DNA of 64,000 bases from Eledone cirrhosa (Eukaryota). Shown here piece by piece: positions 28,793 to 43,288 of this stretch (position 1 is the stretch's first letter; each line of letters starts with the position of its first letter). Location of the stretch: the NCBI GenBank assembly GCA_964016885.1, contig OZ024753.1, positions 12,338,001 to 12,402,000 of the forward strand. The letters run 5' to 3'. The translations under genes and the position numbers were made by a program. The notes beneath the pieces were generated by a model. That model was not told the origin of the DNA. It did no database searches and saw nothing but the letters and a program-made list of their open reading frames with translations.

Positions 28793-29849
28793 TACACATA
28801 TATACATGAATATAAATATGAATATATATACATACATATATATATATATATATATGAATATATATATATATATATATATATAAATATGAATATATGTACA
28901 TATATATATATAAATATGAATATATATACATATATATATATATACATGAAAATATATATATATATTTACATATATATATATATATGAATGTATATCTGAA
29001 TATATATATATACGAATATATATATATGAATGTATATCTGAATATATATATATACGAATATATATAGATATATGAATATAAATATGAATATATATATATA
29101 CGAATATATATAGGTATATGAACATGAATATATATATATATACATATATATATACACATGGATATATATATATATTTACATATATATGAATATATATGCA
29201 CACACACACACACATACACAGACACACACACAGACACACAGACACACACACAGACACACACACAGACACACAGACACACACAGACACACACACAGACACA
29301 CACACACACACACATATATATGCATATATAAAGGATCTCAGTATTATGTTAGGTTTACGAAGGGTTACTACTTGATTATTCATTTGGACTACATATTTGA
29401 AAGTGGTGTTTGCTGACAGGTAAGTCAATACAGCGGAAATTTCAGATGTTCTGTATGGCTTGAAATGTCACCAATCACCAAAAGCGTTGTAGATTATCTT
29501 CTTGGCAAAATTTTCTTTTTCTTATTGGACTAAAACTATGTAAAATACTACTGAGTGAAAATTCTGCTGTCATGTATGTCACTTCTTTTTATTTTCAAAT
29601 CATATAAGTTGTAGAGATTTTTAGCCGCCGGCTTTCTGAGTGATAAACGCTTCCTGCTTTCAGTATTATCGCCAATTAGTAGGTTTAGATGATGTTTTTA
29701 AACAGTAAAACAAGAATATTTGTTTGCGTCCATGGAAATGTGAGATTCCTTTCTCGAAAATATGTTTCTTATCTCCATTGAATACATATATATGAGAAAG
29801 TAAATACCATACCTGATAATAGCATAACAAAAAATATTGACTTAATTCT

Positions 29850-30570
29850 CTCTCAACTCGTCTATGCTTAATCGTTCACGCACATTGACATTGCACATCC
29901 AACGGAACATACTTGCTTCATTTCCCTCCAACCGTCGCATATGCTCCGCAGTTGTTGCCCATGTCTCACTACAATGCATCTCACACAGGCATCATATAAC
30001 CAGCCTTTCGTTCGCAGGGGGAAACCCGTCTTTATCAACAAAGGAAGCAGCTACCTAAACTTCTTCCAACCCTTCCTTATTCTAGATACTATGGGCTCGG
30101 AGCCTCCTCCTTCCTTGCTAATCTAATCACCTAAGTATTGAAAGCTATCAACCACCTCTGTAGATCCTATCTGCATTTGAAAAATGTGTGTATCACTGCG
30201 ACTTCTACTGTCAAATTTCCTTGTATATCTATTGCATATATAGTTTTCCCTTCCTGTTAGTTTACCTGGTATACCACTATATCTCTTGGGTACCCAAGAT
30301 CTGCATTATGTACATTTTATAGAATTTATACCAACCCCCTTTCTACATAGCGAACATCGCCATTTCTCTGATGGGATCAGAGTTTTGTCCTCTTCTCAAC
30401 TTATCAACACTTTAGTCTTAGCTAGGTTCACTGTCAGTCCTCCTCATTCCAACTGCTATTTCCATAGCCAGAATTTATTCTCTAGCACCTCTACTGATTC
30501 TGCTATAAGTACCAGATCGTCAGCATAGAGAAGTTCCCATGGCCTGCCAGTCTCATACTCCTGTGTGCCT
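29850..30570 (-). mobile_element. RTE-clade LINE reverse transcriptase fragment
   Basis: PWELLYADDLVLIAES..GLTVNLAKTKVL (YADD motif). Confidence 0.85.
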
Positions 30571-30705
30571 GCAAATGATTCTTGTTTTTTCATAGAACTT
30601 TGACATAACAGGTTGCGTTGGATTTTTGTTGCTCCAGACATAATGAAACTACCTACGATTTTTCAAATGTGTTTCTCTTCGTACGTGTCATCAATTTATT
30701 GGCTA

Positions 30706-31015
30706 ATAATAATTGTTTGTACTTTTGGCACAAGGACAGGAATCATCTTAGTGCATTACTGGTACTTTATTTTATCGACCCCCAAAGGATGAAAGGCAAA
30801 GTAATAATAATGATTTCTAGTATAGGCACAAGGCCAGTAATTTTTTTTGGGGGGAGAGTCGATTAAATCGACCCCCAGTACGTTACTGGTGCTTTATTTT
30901 ATCGATCCCTATGGATGAAAGGCAAAGCTAAACTCAGTAGCATTTAAACCCAGACCTTAAAGGACCGTAACTCTATGCTGCAAAGCATGGTGTCCGACTC
31001 TACCAATACTGCCAA
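30706..31015 (-). mobile_element. Two tandem SINE family A copies
   Basis: Two ACTGGT(A/G)CTTTATTTTATCGA cores. Confidence 0.85.
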
Positions 31016-31382
31016 ATGATAGCAATTTAGGAGGTCCTGGCATAAGTTAAAGATGGCTGCCTTCTCCAATATCACGAGCCATAACAAAATAGAAAAACAA
31101 AACAAAGTAAAAAGATCAAAAGATTAAATTAGACTTGTTAATTGTCGAAAATTAATTTTAAATAAAAGTATTTATATTCCATTTTACATTAAACTATTTG
31201 TTCTCACCTATGTTGGAGGTTAAATGGAATATATATTACGTTTCTTTGTTCAGTTCTGTTTATATTCAATGGCCGATTATTGTAGCACAGTTTGATAGCA
31301 AAATATTAATTGGAAAATTAACCTCGTATGCCGTGTACGTAATATAAACACACAGGTGCACACACACGCCCATGTGCACACA

Positions 31383-31428
<46 letters not shown>

Positions 31429-31506
31429 AACACATGCATACTACGCATTATACATCCATCCAGACAAACAAATATATATGCATGTATATATATTTATATT
31501 TACACA

Positions 31507-31605
<99 letters not shown>

Positions 31606-31899
31606 GCATGTATATATATTATATGAATATATTTATAAATACATATACATATATATATACATGTGTATATATATATTATATAAGTATATTTATAAATACA
31701 TATATATATATATATATTATATAAGTATATTTATAAATACATACATATATATATAAAACACATATATATATGCATAGAAATTTCGTATTTCTAAAGAAAT
31801 CTGATAGACACCACCAGAGGGCGTTAGCCCCAGTGTTTGCATAGCTACGGCTTCCTAAACCGTATTTCTTTAAAAATCGCAAAATTTCTATACATATTT

Positions 31900-33576
31900 T
31901 CTTTATATATATAAAAGCAAGTATGGTGTGTGTCTCTGTGTACAACGTTGGATACCTAAGGCTTGTACAATTACCAACAGAATTTGACAACATTTTCTGT
32001 ACACGTTGCACATGTCTTCTAAGATGGTCGACCCACGATTAGCAATAAAAAATCGATATCAAAATTATGGGTAGCAAAATTGATGTAAGGGAGATAACCA
32101 ACTTTATTGACAAATGTAAACATCACATTCATTTGATGATAAATCACTAATATTATCGTTTGTTTCTTGTTTATTCTTTGTTGCACTTTCAAAGTTAAAA
32201 AAACACTTGTTGTTTTAACTTGTTTCACGATATTAAGTGTTAATTTTCGCGGTTAAAAAAATTGTTGCACTTCCAAAGTTAAAAAAAAAACACTTGTTAT
32301 TTTAACTTGTTTCACTATATTAAGTGTTAATTTTCGCGTTAAGGGCCTAATCTAGCAGCAGTCTCAAATTGACGAGATTTTGATGATGGTTTGTTTATTT
32401 TTAGAACAATCGTTATGGGATTTTCCATTCAAACCATTTTAAAAACTTCCATAAGCCATGTTAACACTCAGTCTGGTCATGACGGATACCCACTATATCG
32501 CCGGAGAAGACCCAAAGATTGTGGATTCACAGCAAGGGTTGGCAAACATGAGGTTGCTGTATGTCCACGGATATATAAATCTATTGATACTGTATGTGAT
32601 CCACTGGATGCGGTCAATTATCCAGTTAAATTTCTAAATTCTCTAAATCCTCCTGGTTTACCTCCCAATACATTGGTTCTGAAAGAGGGAACGCCAGTTA
32701 TTTTGCTGAGAAATATCACTCCTCCAAAACTATGCAATGGTACACGCCTTGTGGTTAAAACACTGTCTCCACTTAGTATTGACGCTACCATTCTATCAGG
32801 ATGTGGAAAAGGCGAGGATGTGATAATAACAAAAATTAGCCTGACTACATCAGGCGTGGATACTCCCTTCTCCTTTCGCCCAACCCAATTTCCCCTTCGT
32901 GTTGCTTTTGCGATGTCCATAAACAAGTCGCAAGGTCAAATAATGTCCGTCACTGGAATTCACTTGGATGAACCTTGCTTTTCGCAAGGACAATTCTACG
33001 TTGCCTGCTCACGAGTTGGCAGTAGAGATAATCTCTTTGCGTTTGTTCCGAAAAGAAAAACAAAGAATATAGTCTATCCTGAAGGGCTTTAGTGTTAACA
33101 AAAAAACTTATTACAGCTCTGCCTTGACTTCACCTTACTCATTACAAAACATACCTATGAATATGTCGTGCAGGATATTTTAGATTATAAGTTCAAAATT
33201 TAAACATACACAGCAAAGGATGCTCTCGAAGAATAGATTTTCTCTTATTCTACTCTCATTGTTTTTTTGTTTGTATAAACTCTACTTTCATTACAACTTT
33301 TTGTACTTTAGCAAAACTGCCTGTTTTTTTTTTTACAGATTTGCAACGTGTATTGTCTTTAATCATTTGTATAACTACATCATGTTCAGTGTTTTCCTTC
33401 ATTATCAACATAGTTTTACGTGTACAAAGATTGCATTAAATATTCGTTTGCATTACTTATTGAAGACTTCTGCTTATTTTGACAGGTTGGGGACAAATAA
33501 TGTTCTTCTTTTACTTCCTAGCTGTATATTCTTAGCATAATTTCAAACCCCGAGCTACGCCGGGTAAATCTGCTAG
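31900..33576 (+). mobile_element. Internally deleted Helitron
   Basis: 5' TC..TATATATAAAA; 3' CCCG..CGGG hairpin and CTAG|T; RepHel remnant inside; ~85-bp tandem duplication at ~32180-32342. Confidence 0.9.
32391..33092 (+). pseudogene. Helitron RepHel remnant (PIF1-like helicase C-terminus)
   Basis: [59 protein letters not shown]. Confidence 0.92.
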
Positions 33577-33609
33577 TATTGTATAAAGCTATGCTTGAAG
33601 CGAAATCCT

Positions 33610-33872
33610 ATATATATATAAGTATATTTATAAATACACACATATATATATGCATGTATTTATATATATTTATATATATTATATATAAGTGTATTTATAT
33701 TTATAGATACACACACACATATAAATATACATGCATATATATATATATATGTACATATATAATTATATTTTTGTTTATAAATACATGTATATATATATAT
33801 ATAAATGCATGTACATTTATATTTTTAATATATTATTATGTTTATGTTTATAAATACATATATATATATGCA

Positions 33873-33928
<56 letters not shown>

Positions 33929-34515
33929 CTACAAATACATATATATATATATGCATGTGTATATATATATTATATATATGTATATATATATATATTATAT
34001 ATATTATATATATGTATATATATATATATTATATATATATATATATTATATATATGTATATATATATATATTATATATATATATATATATATGCATGTAT
34101 ATATATATTATATATATACACGTATATATATATATATGCATGTATATATATATTATATATATACACGTATATATATATATATATGCATGTATATATATAT
34201 TATATATATACACGTATATATATATATATGCATGTATATATATATTATATATATACACGTATATATATATGCATGTATATATATATTATATATATACACG
34301 TATATATATATATGCATGTATATATATATTATATATATACACGTATATATATATATGCATGTATATATATATTATATATATACACGTATATATATATATA
34401 TGCATGTATATATATATTATATATATACACGTATATATATATATGCATGTATATATATATTATATATATACACGTATATATATATATGCATGTATATATA
34501 TATTATATATATACA

Positions 34516-34561
<46 letters not shown>

Positions 34562-34848
34562 TGTATATATATATTATATATATATACACGCATATATATA
34601 TATTATATATATGCATGTATATATATATACATATATTATATATATATATATAATATATATATATATTATATATATTATATATATATATATGCATGTGTAT
34701 ATACATATATTATATATATATATTATATATATATATGCATGTATATATATATTTTATATATGCATGTGTATATATAAATATTATATATATATGCATGTGT
34801 ATATATAAATATTATATATATATGCGTATATATATATATAATTATATA

Positions 34849-34892
<44 letters not shown>
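33610..34892. repeat. TA-derived higher-order minisatellite (GCATG..TT..CACG units, ~40-46 bp)
   Basis: Directly visible. Confidence 0.9.
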
Positions 34893-34893
<1 letters not shown>

Positions 34894-35009
34894 GTTTGTG
34901 TGTGATTTGATTTAAAGTGCGGACTGTTCGATATATGTGTGTGAATATTAAGATCTGTTATAGGTTTAAGAGGCATCATATTTCTTTAATATATTTCGGA
35001 AAGAATGTA

Positions 35010-35889
35010 CGAGGTGGGTCAGAAAAGTTCCACGACTGATGTCACAAAAGATTTATTTCAAACCCAAACTTCACACTGAGTTTTCTCCTTCAAAGTAATC
35101 CCCTGAAGTCTAATGCACTTTTCCATCTTTTTCTGCCACGCTTGCATGCACTCCTGGAAGGTTTCTTCCGGGATCTTCCGCAGTTCCGTCGTCATGGCTT
35201 TTTTGATGTCGTCCACTCCAGCTCGTACTCGAAGATCCATGACTCATCACCGGTGATGACAGTCCCGGTGATGAAATCTGGTTTTGTTTCAAGACGCTCG
35301 AGGATGTCCTGGCACACTTGCATGCGTCGACCCTTCTGGTCATCGTTCAGCAGTTTTCGCACCATCCACGCGCAGACTTTCCGCATGTCCAAATCTTCAG
35401 TGAGATCTTCCAGACGCTGTCCCGATTCATGCCCAGCTTATTTGCCATCAGTCGGACAGTCAGCTGACGATCGCTACGCACCATCTGCCTGACGCGCTCA
35501 ATGTTGACCTCAGTCCTGGTAATTGAGGGTCTTCCACTCCTGGGGTCATCTTCCAAGTCCTCGTGTCCTTCTTTAAACCTCTTGCACCACTCAAAGATAC
35601 GTGAGCGAGACATCATCTCATCTCCATACACTTGCTGCAGCGGAGTTTTCCCCAACCGTACCAGAAACTTCAATTTTGTTCGTTGCTCTGTGCTCATTGC
35701 TTGACGACCTGAAACAGAGGACATGTATATAAAATTATGAAGAAAAATGTGTTATCGCTGCAGAGAGCTAAGATTACAGTTACATACTCCAAGGGAATTA
35801 CTTTGAAGGAGAAAACTCTTAGTGTTAAGTTTGGGTTTCGAAATAAATCTTTTGTGACATCAGTCCTCGAACTTTTCAGACACACCTCG
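35010..35889 (-). mobile_element. Internally deleted mariner transposon
   Basis: TA TSD; ~95-bp TIRs starting CGAGGTG; frameshifted transposase pieces EQRTKLKFLVRLGKT, DDPRSGRP, ITGDESW, FQECMQAWQKKMEKCI. Confidence 0.95.
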
Positions 35890-36755
35890 TATATATATAT
35901 ACTGTACGCAAAAATTCAGAAGAGTTTCTACGACTAACTGCCAAATCACTCCCATACATTTCATCTGAAAAAGAAAGACAGGAAAGGCACGACTGGAATG
36001 GAATGTCTCAGATCACAAGTCCATGCCTGGAATGTTCAATGTAAACAGAGAAAGCAAGGTGTAACATATTTTTCTCTTTACTATTTCTATTACGTATTCC
36101 AGCCGACAGTCTGATGCCATGATGGGGTCCCACCGTGTATACGTAATATTTTCAGTGATGTTTCTTTGGAGACCAATTGACTGTTCAAATTTTAACTACG
36201 GAGTCGTTGGCATGTAGCAGCGAGGTTTCCTATCGTTGAAGTGCAGGAATATACGATATGTGCAATCATCACCATATTACACTTTAACTGTTCAAACTAG
36301 AGACGAATGTTCCCTCCGTAAACGAGCGTAGACGCCTTGGTGTATCCTTGGTGTCCTCTTATAACCCAAATAACCATTTCCAATAAGGAATATTTAGAGG
36401 TCTTAGAGGGTGGTGTTGGGTTTTCTTTCAATTGTCTCACTTTGTTGTGTACTCGCGATATCTCCTTCCAGATGTATCTATTTAGGTTCTGAATGGTAGT
36501 GCAGACATCTGGTGCACAAACACCCATTAACGTATTTCTTTTCGTTTTTCATTTGAAAAGAGTTTCTAACCACGAAATATTATGGAATATAGAGTAGAAT
36601 CTATTGTTTTGTTCCGATATTTAAAGTTTAAATTTCCCGTGTTCCACAATTATATTTCCTCTTTGCATTATACTTGTGTTAGTAATATCTTCTTAATTAC
36701 ATAACTCACAAAGCTTCTTAAAATCTACACACTCACACACATATACATACATAAG

Positions 36756-36838
<83 letters not shown>

Positions 36839-36997
36839 ACTCACACATATTCTATCTACCTACCTATCTATCTATCTATCTATCTATTTTACACGTTTTT
36901 ATTGTATGTAAACTTCCCCCTTTGTATTTGTCCCCTTCTTTTGTGCCCCTGTGGCTAATAAAGAAATATATCTATCTATCTATCACCCTCTCTCCCA

Positions 36998-37110
<113 letters not shown>

Positions 37111-37797
37111 CACACACTCACACAAGAATATATTCACTCATACCTAGTAAAAACAGAAGCACACACACGCATATGTATATATATATATATAATAATTTGA
37201 ATTTATGTACGGGAGAATACGTGCTTGCTTCTATGTATATTTGAAGCAATATTTATGGAACAACATTTTTTTTCATTTTTCCTTATATTTTGAATACCAT
37301 GTCAATTTTATAATTCAATTTACTGCCTTAGATTGTGTAAATCACCCGGCCGGAAACCATTATACTTTGATCGCATTATTGCATCAGCAATTACTTTTCA
37401 GCGTAGCTTTTTAATTTCCCCTTCTGCTCTCCTTCAATTTAAAATTACATCAGACTACTATCCATACTTTATGGTCTCACCTATAGTATTCTGGAAACTT
37501 CGATTGACGGTCTACAATTAGCAGAATCTCTGCGTGTAAATTGTATAGAAAATCTAAAAACAAATGAGAAAGTTGTGTCTACTACAATCGAAATTTTAGG
37601 AAGCTATTAACTGTGTAAATGTAAAGAGATTTGTTATATAAAGCGAATTGAATAAATCAACATTCATTTTGTACTGTTACTAAAGATCCTCCTTGAAGGG
37701 AGTCTCTTCTGAATAACTGCCAACATTAAGACTGATCAAAATAAATGTATAAACGCATTTCATGAGAGGGAGAAAAGCTGTACTTAGTTGCTACTGA

Positions 37798-37968
37798 AGG
37801 CGCGCGGCCGAGGGGAGGGGCGTGGCCGAGTGGAGGCGCGTGGCCGAGTGGAGGCGCGTGGTTGAGTGGAGGCGCGTGGCCGAGTGGAGGCGCGTGACCG
37901 AGTGGAGGCGTGTGGGCGAGTGGAGGCGCGTGACCGAGTGGAGGCGAGTGGAGGCGCGTGGACGAGTG
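37798..37968. repeat. GC-rich 18-bp minisatellite (GGCCGAGTGGAGGCGCGT, ~9 units)
   Basis: Directly visible. Confidence 0.92.
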
Positions 37969-38411
37969 TAGGCACATACTTATAGACACATATGATATAC
38001 ACACACACACGTGCACTCACACACACTCACTTAACAGGAACTCATAAAGACACACACATCACACACACTCGCTTAAACACATACCACACACACATACACA
38101 CAAACACACACACACACACATAAACACATACACACATAAACACATACACACATACACACATAAACACACGCTCACATAAACACACGCCCACAGAAACACA
38201 CGCTCTTATAAACACGAACACACACATAAACACAGCCACTCACATAAATACATGCTCACATAAACGCACACCGCACACACACTCACATAAACAGACACTC
38301 ACATAAACACACACACTCACATAAACACATACACACACATAAACACACTCACTCGCCAATTCCCACAATGGAGGCGCAGAGTGAATTAACTTCCATCAAT
38401 AGCAACAGTTT

Positions 38412-38780
38412 CCACCACATCTCCCTCCCCATCCTCTCCCACCACATCTCCCTCCCCATCCTATCCCACCACATCTCCCTCCCCATCCTCTCCCACCACA
38501 TCTCCCTCACCATCCCCTTCCACCACATCTCCCTCACCATCCTCTCCCACCACATCTCCCTCACCATCCTCTCCCACCACATCTCCCTCACCATCCCCTT
38601 CCACCACATCTCCCTCACCATCCTCTCCCACCACATCTCCCTCACCATCCCCTTCCACCACATCTCCCTCACCATCCTCTCCCACCACATCTCCCTCACC
38701 ATCCTCTCCCACTACATCTCCCTCCCCATCCTCTTCCACCATCCTCTCCCCAGCACATCTACCTCCCCATCCTCTTCCTC
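38412..38780. repeat. 27-bp C-rich minisatellite (~13 units)
   Basis: CACCACATCTCCCTCACCATCCTCTCC units. Confidence 0.93.
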
Positions 38781-38800
38781 ACATTTCCCTTACCACCCTC

Positions 38801-38870
38801 CGGGGAAACGCCTTCTCCATTCCGTCCGCCGGGGCTGTGGGGAGGCCAGCACCTGGGGCCCCTTTTGTTC
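38801..38870 (+). mobile_element. 3'-terminal fragment of CRE-like element
   Basis: Matches 40714-40785 (CGGGGAAACGCCTTCTCCATTC..CCGCCGGGGC). Confidence 0.65.
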
Positions 38871-39261
38871 ACCATACGGATTAAGACATATAACCTCTCT
38901 TTTTCTTTTAATTACAATAAATTGTGTTAGAAGTGTACGGCACGCTTGCCACTCCATCCGTACCTACTTATTTGATAAGATCAGAGAAATATGAATGTCA
39001 CAGCATCCATTTGTTATTCCTCAAAGACAATAAATTTAATTATTCATTTAAAAAAAAAATGGATGTGATAATTATAAATGACGCCAGGACTTATTTATAC
39101 CACATGACAATGTATATTAGCGTTAAAACAGTGTTTCTATGTACTATCGCAACCACAGTGGTGATAAACGTACTCCACTATCTATCTAGCTTGTTGAGTC
39201 TCACATTCCTGACTGCCTTGACGAAAACTGCACCCGGGTGTTTCGACTCTAGCTTGGCCAA

Positions 39262-39700
39262 TTTCTTCTTCTTCGGCCGAGTTCACACTCGCAAAGATTC
39301 AGCCCGCCTTCTCCAAGCGTCCCGGTCGAGCTTGACATTTCTCAGTTCATCGATGTTATCAATGTTAGTATCGGTTGAGGGTCGGACGCCATGCTTTGCA
39401 GCGCAGTTACGTCCCTTTACGGACTGAGTTCAAATCCCGCCGAGGTCAACTTTGCCTTTCGTCCTTACGGGGTCGATAAAATAAAGTACCAGTAATACAC
39501 TGGATTAATTGCTGGCCTTGTGACAAAAAGTAGAAACAGTTATCAATGTTGGCATCTCTCAGCAGGGTATCAATGAATGAGACGGCCTGTGTTCCAACGT
39601 TTCTTCGTCCGAATGCCGGTTTCCAGAGCACAAGTTGTGAGGCTATCTCTTCTGGATGACAGATGTACTGCCCAGCCTGTTTCATTCGTTTGCAGGCACC
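39262..39700 (-). mobile_element. RTE 3' fragment (same family as 8961-9435) split by a SINE
   Basis: HPEEIASQLVLWKPA..FIDTLLRDANIDN; (GAA)n tail. Confidence 0.85.
39368..39543 (+). mobile_element. SINE family A inserted in the RTE fragment
   Basis: 12-bp TSD GTTATCAATGTT. Confidence 0.9.
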
Positions 39701-40032
39701 TTTTCTTATCGCTTTACTTAAGAGCTTCATTTACTTTGAAGTCAAACTATTTGCTACTGATATTTCATCCTTTCATACAAGAGTGTAGATTTGTTCAATT
39801 TTATTAAAGATTATACGAGGAAAGTCGAATATACCGACTCCACTGTGGTACTGGTACTTTATTTTATCGACTCCGTAATGATAAAAGGCAAATCTAACTT
39901 CGGTTAGTTTGAGTATAAATACGAGATGTACTAGCGAAAGTAATCCTCGATGTTTAAGTGAACATTATGCTACAAAGCACCCTAACCTTTGATAAGAGAC
40001 CGGGACATTTCTTTTTTCGCTGAGAGTTCCCT

Positions 40033-40073
40033 GTACTCTGACGAGGGAATTTTAAGTCCCGAAATATTAGGAC
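40033..40073 (+). ncRNA. Minimal hammerhead ribozyme motif
   Basis: GTACT-CTGACGA-GGGA attttaag TCCC-GAAA-TA-TT-AGGAC; palindromic AATATT. Confidence 0.65.
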
Positions 40074-40199
40074 GAAAAAAGAAACAAACAAAAAAAAAAA
40101 CAGATTACCAGGTAACAACATTTTTCATCTTACCATCCATTTTGCATTGTTTAGCATTATCATATATATCACTTTCCACATTATATATTATCGTAATAT

Positions 40200-40790
40200 G
40201 AGGAAGAGATGACTGTTCAAATGTCGCTGTGGATCCACTGTGGACTCTTTCGGAATCCACCCGGCTTCTTGTCGGTACAGTACCGGTCGTCTTCCACGCC
40301 ATGCTGCCCTCAACGAGGTCATAAAGCATGGCTTGGACGCTGCAGGCTTTCCCTCCCAGATCGAGCCGGTGGGGTTGGACCAAGGGGACGGTAAAACGCC
40401 AGACGGTATGACCATTTTCCCGTTCCGCGGTGGCAAAACCCTCGTCAGGGATGCCACTTGTAGCGACACTTTCTCCAAGCGCAACCTGGTGCTCTCTGCG
40501 ACTAACCCCGATTCTGCTGCACTTCGGCCTGAGGAGGGCAAACTTTCCATGTATGGGTCACTCTCCGACAGGTTTGCGGTCATGCCCCAAAGCAGTGGAG
40601 ACTACTGGTGTCCTTGGCCCTAGGTCCACCTCCCTACTTACCACTATAGGCGCCGAGCTGGCCAGCCGCAGGTGCGAGCCTCGCGAGATAGAATGGCTCT
40701 TCCAGCGCATCTGCGGGGAAACGCCTTCTCCATTCTTTCCGCCGGGGCCGTGGGGCGGCCACCACGTGGGACCCCATTTGCTCATAATAC
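40200..40790 (+). mobile_element. CRE-like non-LTR retrotransposon 3' fragment (Zn-knuckle and restriction-like endonuclease)
   Basis: DSFGIHPASC..RHAALNEVI..DGKTPDGMTIFP..DATCSDT.. then frameshift to AVETTGVLG..WLFQRI. Confidence 0.85.
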
Positions 40791-40984
40791 AGAGACAGAT
40801 GGGTAGGGTGAGAGAGATGGAGGTGATGACAGTGGGGTTACGGCTCTTGTGTGTTCCGACAAATTTATCAATTGTGTTGTTGTATCTAGTACAATCAGAC
40901 ACGCTCTAGAGATTTTCTCCTCAGCTTCAGTGATTTGACAATATATTCCATCCATGAACGAATTTAAATTTGGAATCGTATTTC

Positions 40985-41130
40985 AAATTTAAATCCAAAT
41001 TCAAATTTAAACAGGAAAAGGAAATAAAGCAAATAAAGAAATTAAATAAAAACTGAATGGAATGATTTGGAATCGAAATATGCCTCCCGCGCATCGGATA
41101 TAAGAATCTGCTGAGATATGTGAATATTTG
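40985..41130 (-). mobile_element. Possible Penelope GIY-YIG C-terminal relic
   Basis: HISADSYIRCAGGIFRFQIIPF loosely resembles Penelope endonuclease ends; weak. Confidence 0.25.
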
Positions 41131-41979
41131 TGAAGAAATAATACCAATGATACATCTTTGTTTATGCTCGGGGAAGTGATTACTTTAATAGAAGGAACAA
41201 AAAAGAAGAAACTAATCATATCGAGAATGTCGCATTAATGTATGATTTATTTGCATAGAAATTGCAATATTAACCATACTTTACGTTGCCTTTATCAAAT
41301 AGAAGTCATCTTCAGAAAATTAAATTAATTTATATTTTCTTTTTCTTTCAGACAGATATCCTAAAATCATGACTAACTTAGTAGAAATCAAAGAGTATTA
41401 AATAACAACAACAACAAAAGCATTCTGTATTCATCTAGCGTTTCTCTTTCATCGTAGTAAAACATATTGGTCACGCCTCCATTATCTACACACATATACA
41501 TACATACATACACGCACACATACACACAAGCATAAATACACAGACACACACACACACACACATGGACAGTGCAATATCTATACATCTATTTATCTCTCGA
41601 TCTATTTATCTATCTATCTTTATCCATCTCCCTCCCTCTGTCTTTATATCTACATGTATGTATGTGTATCTGTGTGTTCACTCTTCGTAATACACAGGAA
41701 GAGAGAAAAGATAGAATTCCACCCTTATATATATATATATATGTGTGTGTGTGTGCATGCGCGCGCGTGTGTGTGTGTAGTTTAGTGTTTGTGCCTACTT
41801 CGTCTCGTATCAAAAAGCGATAGTTTCTATAATTTCATTTTTCAAATATCTCTGTTGCTTCATTGAAAATAAATATATTGTGTTATTGTTTCAGAAATGA
41901 ATCGCAACAAACACCATCATATATATATATATATATGTATGTATGTATGTGTGTGTGTGTATATGCGTACGCGTGTGTT

Positions 41980-42027
<48 letters not shown>

Positions 42028-42068
42028 TACACAAACATGTATATCGATAAACATATATATATATATGC

Positions 42069-42102
<34 letters not shown>

Positions 42103-42177
42103 GCACATATATATACATGTATATATATATATACACACATATAAATACACACGCACATACACTCACACACACACACG

Positions 42178-42209
<32 letters not shown>

Positions 42210-43288
42210 TGTATCCATACATATATATATATATACATCACATTGAATTATAGACGTATGATTATCTCATGCCTTTATTTTTCGGCAGACTTTTTTTTTT
42301 GCTACACGTTAGTTCTCTAAGTAGACCAATTTCCAGATGATAGTCTACTTCAAAGGAATACATTGATAAAAATTATCGACAGAATTTACCAATCTATATT
42401 AATTTTCCTTACCCTGGTTTTGTGATTTTTTTATGTTTTTTTTTTTTTTTTTTTTGTGGTGGTGGTGGTGGAAATGTATTTGAACTTCGATTGACTTTAA
42501 CTCCGATATTTGAATTCTGAGTTTTTATCATTGATAAATGACTTGTCATCGTATATATGCTACTTGAAGATTTGTCTTTAATATAGCATAAATCTATGTC
42601 GGCGAATCAGCAGAGACATTAGAGTATCGGATAAAATAATACACGGTTTTCTTTCAGTCTCCGCATTCGTTCGCTCGGTATGCGAATCTTAACTATAATA
42701 ACTATAATAAAGAAAGGAGTGCGGGACTGCGTCCACGATATATCTTTGTATCCCGCTAGTAAACTCAGTTGAATTACTTTGAATAATTAATGAATGAATA
42801 TTACATAATTTATCTACGAAATTTCGTAACTCTTGATTAAATATAAATAATTTTATTGTTTATTTAAAGATTCACTTCTTTAAAATGTTAAAATGTCAAC
42901 ACTTCCGGTTAGCGTCCGTTTTATCATAACACTTATAAAAACATCGGATATATTTTCGTCACTAATTTTGTCCTAATTCAGTTTATATATATAATACCAT
43001 CTTTTTTAAATGTATCATGGATTACTTTACTGATTGTAGAAGACAGTGTAACACAGTCTCTCTTCAATTTCTATGGATATTGTCAATTACGATTTTATTT
43101 GACATACATGCATGTATATTTGCATATAATATAAATATGTACTCTACACCAAGGGCGGTGCCCCAGCATGGCCTCAGCCGGATGGCTGAAACAGGTAAAA
43201 GAGTAAAAGAGTACACAAGTTAACAGAACACCACCCGAATGGTGGTTTTTCTGCTAGTTAATCTAATTAGCGGGTGTATATTTTAGAT

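Noticed and set aside
32391-33092. Host PIF1 gene
   Set aside because: Lies between Helitron termini, has a Rep fragment, and lacks the Walker A/B half
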